Shown: positions 55,360-64,000 of the stretch, piece after piece
Position numbering within the stretch: the stretch's first letter is position 1
Layout: each line of letters opens with the position of its first letter
Assembly (NCBI RefSeq): GCF_006345805.1
Contig: NC_043015.1
Span: forward strand, 49,476,001-49,540,000
Reading direction: 5' to 3'
DNA length: 64,000 nt
Source of the DNA: Octopus sinensis
Lineage: Eukaryota
Translations under genes and position numbers: made by a program
Notes under the pieces: generated by a model
Database searches by the model: none
What the model saw: only the letters and a program-made list of their open reading frames with translations
What the model was told of the DNA's origin: nothing

Positions 55360-55465
55360 GTTGCTATGGCAATAACAGCGGCACGCCCAGCGCACGAATA
55401 ATAACGGTTTAACGCAACTGACACTTGCCGTGGAAAATAAACAGTATCACGGAGGCGGGGGCGGA
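55360..55465. promoter_or_regulatory. X-box-like palindrome plus GC boxes in a CpG-enriched patch
   Basis: GTTGCTATGGCAAT (55360-55373); GGCGGGGGCGG (~55454-55464). Confidence 0.35.
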
Positions 55466-55687
55466 AAGGGTGGCGGCGGAGAGAAGGAGGAAGAGGAGGG
55501 GTGGGGGGGAGGGGGAGGAGGGGAAAGAGGAATGGAAGGGGGAGGGCGAGGAGGAAGGGTGGTGGTGATGGTGGTGGTGGTGGAGGTGGAGCGGGTGTCA
55601 AAAACGAGCAAAATATCGGAATGACGGGAACATTTATGAGGGGAAATGGAAGTAGAAGTCTGTTTTCTCTCTCTTTTCTCCTTCTCT

Positions 55688-55718
<31 letters not shown>

Positions 55719-56244
55719 ATCTCTCCCTCTCTGTCTCTATCTCTCATTTTTTTTTCTCTTTCCAATTCTTGTACATTTGTATGAATACATACATACATAC
55801 ATGGATACATACGTACATACATAGATATATACATACATGCAAAAACATGTATATACACACACATACACACACACACGCACATATATATAATAGAAAGAGA
55901 GAGCGAGAGAGAAAGTGAGAGAGACATACATTCATAGACATGCATATGTATGTATATGATATATCTATGATATTTATGTCATAGATATGTGTGGGTGTAT
56001 GTGTGAATTGTATATATATTACACACGTATATATATAAATATATATTATGCATTATTAAGCTTACATCTTATATATATATTACATATTTATATATATATA
56101 TATACATGTAATATATATGTATATGTATGTAATATGTATATATTACATTATTTGCACATATCTAGCTCTAGATATTATATATATATAGTGTACATATACA
56201 TACATACATACATACATACATACATACATACATACATACATACA

Positions 56245-56277
<33 letters not shown>

Positions 56278-56522
56278 CCACACACATACAAACACATACG
56301 TATATATATAAGAAAATATGTTTTTGATTATATCCTATACGTATAAATTGCTCACAAGGTACACCAGTTATGCATGTAGATGTTATATATATATATATAT
56401 ATATAATAATATATATATATATATATATATATATTACATGTATGTATATGGTGCATAGTCTCTGTATTTTGTGTATATATATATTGTGCGTGGTATATAT
56501 AGGTATGTACTGGTATAAATAA

Positions 56523-56553
<31 letters not shown>

Positions 56554-56970
56554 ACATACTAAATATATACATACATATGTTTTAGTAAGCAGTTGGTGAT
56601 TGACTAGTTTGTTACATAAAGATTCACATACACGTGAAAGAGGACTAAATGGTCATTTAACCGCAAGTCGCGCAGTAAAACCGCTCTCAGCCTGGTCGTT
56701 AAGGAGGTCAGTTTTGTATAATGAGAGCAACTCACTTGGTTAAAAACGCTGTAAACTTTCAGTTTGATGCGCTACAATTGTAAGGAAGAGTACTCGACCA
56801 AGTTGCACATCCATCGACAAGGGACATTATTAAACATTGTTCGTAGTCGAGAATTTATCCGATATATGTCGGCTGGAACGGAATGGACAGCCGCTTGAAA
56901 AATTTTCCAGAAGGACTATCTACCTATGGCAACAGTTTTGTGATAACATAGATTTTCTCATAAAATATAT

Positions 56971-57265
56971 GTGGAGGCACATGGCCTATTGTTAGAGCAG
57001 CGGACTTGCGATCGTGGGATCGTGGGTTGGAATCTCAGACCGGGCGAGGTGTGTGTTTATGAGCGAAACACCTAAGCTCCACGCGGCTGCGGCAGAAGGT
57101 AATGGCGAACTTCTGCTGACTCTTTCGCCACAACTTTCTCTCACTCTTTCCTCCTGCATCTTGCAGCTCACCTGCGACGGACCGGCATCTCGTCCAGGTG
57201 GGGAACTTATACATCAAAGAAACCGGGAAACTGGCCCTTATGGCTCGAAAAGGAACAAACAACAA
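56971..57265 (+). mobile_element. SINE family C, tail type 4
   Basis: C head; imperfect TSD CATAAAATATAT / CATAAGATATAT (56959-56970, 57266-57277). Confidence 0.8.
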
Positions 57266-57289
57266 CATAAGATATATCACGATCCATTT

Positions 57290-57830
57290 CAGCTTCTGAA
57301 AATTTCAGATAATTTCACAGTTAAGACGAAGTTAAGAGTTATGTAACCCTTTGGAATATAGAGTAGCCCCATCAACGATATTCAAAGTTACACTAAGCAT
57401 TCATATATTTTGGCTTCGGAACTTCCAGATATATCGGTACAGGGAAGCGACGTTTCCCCTCTTTCTAGCCCTTAAGGAGTTACAGTTGTTGGTTGTAACG
57501 GTCATTGAAGTTGATAACGATGAGCGCCGTGCAGTTCCTTTAGGTACGATCAGATGGATAAATGGTTGGATTTTGAAAATTTCTGGATGTGCTTTGGAAA
57601 GGGGATGTATTCATGTGTGTTTTCGATTTTAGTATTTGAAGGTGAAGGCTGTGTTGTCTAGGAACGGATAGCTAACGCTTACATTGTGTTCGGTGAACAA
57701 CTTCCTGTGTTTGTACGTCAGTTGGAAACCCTTTCTTTGCAGGAAGTAGGTAAATCTTAAACGTATTCGTGAATTTCGCTAGCCAAGAGACACAATTTCA
57801 CTAGATTCTTGAATACAAAACATATTATTT
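57290..57830 (-). mobile_element. Penelope-like element ORF fragment (RT C-terminal / GIY-YIG region), decayed
   Basis: YKHRKLFTEHNVSVSYPFLDN and SLYRYIWKFRSQNI resemble PLE motifs HKIFNRxxVKVSYSC and SLSKYIW. Confidence 0.6.
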
Positions 57831-57989
57831 TATTGATAAAGATAAAGATTATCCAGGCAGTCTTCCTTATAATTCGTTCAGTAGTACCGAGTTAGCTCCT
57901 ACAACATTTTTGGCATTTGACCTGCCTTAAGAAGTAAGAGTTACCCCAAACTGACATTCCATTAAGAAAAAGACACCCGGACATGTGTA

Positions 57990-58106
57990 TTTGTGCGTAC
58001 GTACGTATATGTATATCTGTGTCTATATGTGTGTATTTAATGATGTATATGTAGGTTTCTATATATGTATCTCTCTCCCTCTCCCTCTCTCCTTCTCTCT
58101 CTCTCT

Positions 58107-58167
<61 letters not shown>

Positions 58168-58288
58168 ATGTACACACATACATTTATACATATATATATA
58201 CATATATGTATATGTACCTATATAAATTATGTCTGTATGTATATTTTAATACATACATATAAAACACATACATGTATATATATATAAA

Positions 58289-58330
<42 letters not shown>

Positions 58331-58364
58331 CATATGTAATCTTGTCTATATCTATCTACCTATC

Positions 58365-58396
<32 letters not shown>

Positions 58397-58400
58397 TATA

Positions 58401-58439
<39 letters not shown>

Positions 58440-59049
58440 ATCTATCTATATATATATATATTATGCATGTATATATATATATATGTATGTATGTAAGTAC
58501 AACACTCGCGCTCTCCCTCCGTTCCTCTCTGCAAAGATTAATGCCTTCCTTCCACGCCGCCCTCATACCTTCATGTGTCTACATCTGCTACATCATTGAC
58601 CGCGACCTAGAGAAATAATTTTACAATAATAACATAACACAATATCTATAATATATAGGAATTTATTATTTTCTTGTCTCATCACAATTTACACCAATCA
58701 ATTTCCTTGTCACGGATCTCACATTGTCCTATACAACCGGCTTTCTCAACTCAGCCGCCATTTCCCACATATCCCGTTCTTTCTCTCTTTCACAAAACTT
58801 TCTCTTTCGTCTCTTTCACTATGCACATACATATGTGTGTGTGTGTGTGTGTATACATATATATATATATATATACATATATATATCGAGAGAGAGATAG
58901 AGAGAGATACATATAAATACGTATATACATATACATACATATATATATGTTAAGTATATATATATATATATATATGTATATACATATGTGTATACGTGTA
59001 TATATGTATATATGTATGTATACAACACGTATATATATATAATATATAT

Positions 59050-59094
<45 letters not shown>

Positions 59095-59400
59095 TATATA
59101 TATACATATATATATGTATAACACATACGTTCACGTATGTCTGTATGTTTTATATGTACATACACATAAATGCATACATATATACATATGTATATGTATA
59201 TAGGTATACACACGCACGAATGAACACACACATATATACACATATATATATATATATATATACATATAATAAATATAATACATACATAGATACATACATA
59301 CATATATATGTATGTATGTATTATGTATGTATGCATATATATATATATATACATTTATGTATGTATACACTATGTATCACCTATGTGTATCCGATACATC
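57990..59400. repeat. Compound (TA)n/(TATG)n/(CA)n microsatellite field (others at 6390-7190, 17100-17680, 18770-19310, 50800-51900, 55750-56580)
   Basis: Direct reading. Confidence 0.95.
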
Positions 59401-60130
59401 ATTCTTTCCCATCACACAATATGAACATTTCATCTAATATATATTCTTATTCTATCTATATTTGATTCGCCATATTGTTATGAACCAATGTATCAATCAT
59501 TTCTCCCACACCAAATTTCCTTTCAAACAATATTAATATGATATTTCACTTTGCCGTCGCCATATTTCCACGATATCTCGTAATATCTAACTCTACTGTC
59601 AAATATCTAGGACTATCGCATCGCTATTTTCTCCCTTGGTTGGCGCTATCACTTGTTGCAATGTTACTCCAGATGCTTTTGGGTGCCAGCCACACTCATT
59701 TCCCCCTCTCCTCGGTGAGGTGACACACAGAGGGATCTCACTACTGAGCCCTACTGAGCCCTGTCCAGTCGGTAATGGATCAGAAATTATTTATGTGCCC
59801 CTTATTCGCTCTTCGTTAAAAGTGCTCTGTACAAGGTATTTGACCAAGGAGTCGTAACTGGAGATTTTTCGGCACTTTACTGTGACAAGGAATGGTTCTG
59901 CCTGCCATTTAGATTTTCTGACTTGGTGCTTGACAAAATCATAGTTTGTACTCGGCGAGCGCTGTGTAGTTCCGCTAGATATTGTCAGACAGTATGACAT
60001 AGTTGGTAGCTAAATGGATGGATCATAAAAATTGCAACACGGATGTTGGGAGTATATATATACAGACAAATAGAGACTAACATACTTTATATGTGTGTGT
60101 GTGTGTGTTTACGTGTGTGTATGTGTGGAG

Positions 60131-60560
60131 TTTCCCCTCTTTCTAGTCCTTAAGGAGTACAGTTGTTGGTTGTAATGGTCATTGAAGTTGATAACGATGA
60201 GCGCCGTATAGTTCCTTTAGGTACGATCAGATGGATAAATGGTTGGATTTTGAAAATTTCTGGATGTGTTTTGGAAAGGGGATGTATTCATGTGTGTTTT
60301 CGATTGTAGTATTTGAAGGTAAAAGTAGTGTTGTCTAGGAACGGATAGCTAACGCTTACACTGTGTGTGTTGTGTATTTTTAAATGTGGTGTTTGTCGGG
60401 GGAAAGCAACGTTGTCTAGGGATGGATAGCTAATTTGAACATCGTGTACGTTGAAAAACTCACGATATTTGTAACATCAGATGCTTATCAACTTTCTCAA
60501 CTTATTCTTGAACGGCTAAATTCTACGTTCCGCATCGACCGACATATCTGACTTGAAGCC
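60131..60560 (-). mobile_element. Penelope-like fragment; 60131-60365 near-identical to 57454-57685
   Basis: DNA match plus YKYREFFNVHDVQISYPSLDN. Confidence 0.6.
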
Positions 60561-61313
60561 CATGTCTTTCTTATATCTCACTTTACTGTCATGCGGCGTG
60601 GCCGAACGCTACATGCTGAATTGTGTTCGTTTAGGTGCTGAATTGTCCTCACAATGATCGCACGCTGTTTACGCGAAGGAGTGTACGGATGAGCCACGTC
60701 TGTTGATTCACAACCACAGTCAGCAACCCAGCGTCATGTTACCTAACCACGTTTGTTTCAGACCGTGTCCTTAATGTGACTTTGCGTACCCCCGACGCTG
60801 CATGCACAACTGTTTTCGTTTAAGAGCTGAGTCGTCCTCACAATGGTCGCGCGCTGTTTGCGCGAAGGAGTCCAAGGTTGAGCCACAACCATTGATTCAA
60901 AACCGAAATATCACACGAGAGTGTTGTTTGCAAGCGCTTCCTTCTCAATCACCGCCCCCTTACCACGTCATATCATGTAGATTTCTCTCATGTGGTGCTG
61001 TTGAGTGTGCCCACGGGCTAAATTTATCACATAGATGGTTCAGCGTAGTAGCAGCAACGCCAACAGGCGCAAAGGAGAGTATATCCAATGAGAGCTTTTT
61101 GGTGCGCTCAAAAATCACATGCCCTCACCCACTTTTTACATGATAAAGTTAGGGCCTGAAACCTTCTATGTCACTTAGTCGTATTAGTCTTTCATTTACT
61201 CCACAAATGTTTTGTCGTCAATGCTGCACTTCCTCGTATCACGTTTCAACTTAACTGTACCATATATACAAACTATGCCATTTCAATCCCGAGCAACGCC
61301 GGTATATATATAT

Positions 61314-61721
61314 TCTTTATATATAAAGTAAGGTTGTGTGCTGTCTGTCTCCTACGATTTACATTCCTACTACTCCCACAAAAAAAAATTTTTGCGGTGC
61401 AGTTATAACCAAAACCGGGTAATCTTATAGTCGTGATTCATATCGAGCCCTTCTGGGTATTAGCACGCGTCTACATAAGTCGACTACGATTTAAAAAAAA
61501 ATTTACCATAAATTTTTCCCATTTTTAATATGCATTTTTGGCATATATGAGGGAAGTAACTCTCTAAAAATTATTATAAATCTCAGAACGTAAAAAGGCT
61601 ATAGTAACACCCCATCTTTTGTGGTTAGCCATATTGAATTGCTATTATACTTTACATTTCTAAAAATGCTTATATAGTTATTTCCCTTACAAAACCCAAC
61701 AACGCCGGGCGATACTGCTAG
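61314..61721 (+). mobile_element. Non-autonomous Helitron
   Basis: TC start, CAACGCCGGGCGATACTG-CTAG|T end; same family as 13107 and 26790. Confidence 0.8.
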
Positions 61722-61752
<31 letters not shown>

Positions 61753-61877
61753 AAATATGTTGTGTGTGTGTGTTGTGTGTGTGTGTGTATGTATAGGGTA
61801 CACACCACACACACATATATATATATATATGTATATATGTAATTTTTTTTACTGTAGTTTCAGCTCTGAAAGCGGCC

Positions 61878-61924
<47 letters not shown>

Positions 61925-62011
61925 TATATATATAGTATATATATATATATAATATATATATATATATTACACATATATATATATATACATATATATTATA
62001 CATATACATAT

Positions 62012-62046
<35 letters not shown>

Positions 62047-62105
62047 AATACATATATGCGTGTATGCAGACAGACACACACACCACACTCACACTCACAC
62101 ACACA

Positions 62106-62142
<37 letters not shown>

Positions 62143-62355
62143 TCACACACACACGCGCACCTATATTTGGATTCACGACATATGCTTACAAATAAAAGTG
62201 CTTGATACGCTGCTGGGAAAGAGTAATAATAACAATTTTGGTTCTACAATGAAAATCAGATGAAAAAAACAAAAAAAAACAAAAAGAGAAACGCATCAAA
62301 AATAGCTAAAATAACATTAAAAACTATATATATGCACATATATATACCTATATCA

Positions 62356-62395
<40 letters not shown>

Positions 62396-62397
62396 AA

Positions 62398-62440
<43 letters not shown>

Positions 62441-62445
62441 TCTAA

Positions 62446-62765
62446 GACTCCGCCGGTTACGACGACGAGGGTCCCAGCTGATACGATCAACGGAACAGCT
62501 TGCTCGTGAAATTAACGTGCAAATGGCTGAGCATTCCACAGACACGTGTACCCTTAACGTAGTTCTCGGGGATAATCAGCGTGACACAGAGAGTGACAAG
62601 GCTGACCCTTTGAAATACAGTACAACTCATTTTTGCCAGCTGAGTGGACTGGAGCAACGTGAAATAAAGTGTCTTGCTCAAGGACACAACGCGTCGCCGG
62701 GAATCGAACTCACAACCTTACGATCATGAGCCGAATGCCCTAACCACTAAGCCACGCGCCCTCAC
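62446..62765 (-). mobile_element. SINE family D, full length
   Basis: tRNA-like head GGCTTAGTGGTTAGGG..GTTCGATTCCC, V-like GTGTCCTTGAGCAAGACAC, long tail. Confidence 0.85.
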
Positions 62766-62797
<32 letters not shown>

Positions 62798-63116
62798 TTA
62801 TATATATTTATACATATATCTATATACATGTGTGTATATATATGTACACACACAGATACGCAGATATATGCATACATACACATACATATACGCGTACATA
62901 TGCGCACACGTACACACGTACAAACTCACACACACACACACACATTTGTATTAGATGTGCCTAAGAGTTAAGATTTTAAGTTTGTGCTATAATTTGAGAT
63001 GGAAATGTCTTGAGGGAATAAACGGCGATAGCGATTATATGGCAGCATCTATGAAATGAGGTATTGGTTGGAAATTGCAACGCGATAGAAGGCAGAGAGA
63101 AGAAGGATGAGTAAGG

Positions 63117-63183
<67 letters not shown>

Positions 63184-63278
63184 GGAAATGGTGTATGTCC
63201 ATCAGTTTTTTCTCATTGCGCACGACTTAACGCACAACAGGGTTGGAAATAAAGTCTGCTTCATATCCATATGAATTT

Positions 63279-63312
<34 letters not shown>

Positions 63313-63412
63313 TGCGTGTGTGCGTGTGTGTGTGTGCGTGCGTGCGTGTGTGTGTGTGTGTAGATAGATAGATAGATACGAGGTGATATGAAAAGGTTCC
63401 CGGACTCTCTCT

Positions 63413-63600
63413 TGACTCTTTTACCTGTTTCAGTCATTTGACTGCGGCCATGCTGGAGCACCGCCTTTAGTCGAGAAAAGCCTAGTACTTATTCTATCGG
63501 TCTTTTTTGCCGAACCGCTAGTTTACAGGGACGTAAACACACCAGCATCGGTTGTCAAGCGATTTTGGGTAGGTCAAACGCAAACACACAAACATATACA
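63413..63600 (-). mobile_element. SINE A 3' half
   Basis: Tail and body match. Confidence 0.8.
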
Positions 63601-63649
63601 CACACACATACATACATACATACATACATACATACATACATACATAAAC

Positions 63650-63680
<31 letters not shown>

Positions 63681-63827
63681 TACGTGACCACGTGATCACG
63701 TGACCGACCAGACCATAAGATGTTGTTACGCATCGCTGGTCACAATGCGTTTGCATTGTTTTAGCCTTCGCATTACGCCACCCCGCTGGCTAAGCGAGCA
63801 GGCCAACATACATACATACATATATAC

Positions 63828-63860
<33 letters not shown>

Positions 63861-64000
63861 TTTAACAATTAAGGATAATCTCTTAATAAGGGATCTTAAC
63901 AAGAAATTATCGGGTAGTTAGCGTGAAAACCTCATAAAAGAAAAGAATTCGAAAATAATTCCTTTCTTTTGAACAAATTAATTATATCTATATTGTATAG

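Noticed and set aside
54695-55601. 197-aa and 270-aa ORFs
   Set aside because: They read through the 100-N gap and microsatellites

Overview
AT-rich, intron/intergenic-type animal DNA saturated with (TA)n/(TATG)n/(CA)n/(TAA)n microsatellites and tRNA-derived SINEs. The repeat types look like an Octopus (coleoid cephalopod) genome; this is inferred from recognition, not verified. No multi-exon host gene can be supported, and almost every ORF in the supplied track is microsatellite or SINE noise. The one convincing CDS is an intact, intronless 760-aa ORF (37010-39292, minus). It has a PAM2-like motif, an FPPPP motif, a long acidic disordered middle and a Trp-rich helical C-terminal domain that may derive from a non-LTR retrotransposon ORF1, with no EN/RT ORF beside it. 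An RFX X-box-like site lies about 1 kb upstream. The rest is a mobile-element landscape: four SINE head types (labelled A-D here) that swap tails, a decayed 5S rRNA fused to a SINE tail, Penelope-like remnants with five minimal hammerhead-like motifs (three with a non-canonical CUGU core), Dong/R4 LINE ends in (TAA)n, non-autonomous Helitrons, and mariner/pogo-type pieces. Several local rearrangements are visible: a SINE-mediated 1.95 kb tandem duplication, a (GGT)n-bounded 1.2 kb duplication, two fold-back inversions and a template-switch patchwork at 19.5-21.9 kb. There is a 100-N scaffold gap at 54882-54981. All alignments were done by eye, so repeat boundaries are approximate.
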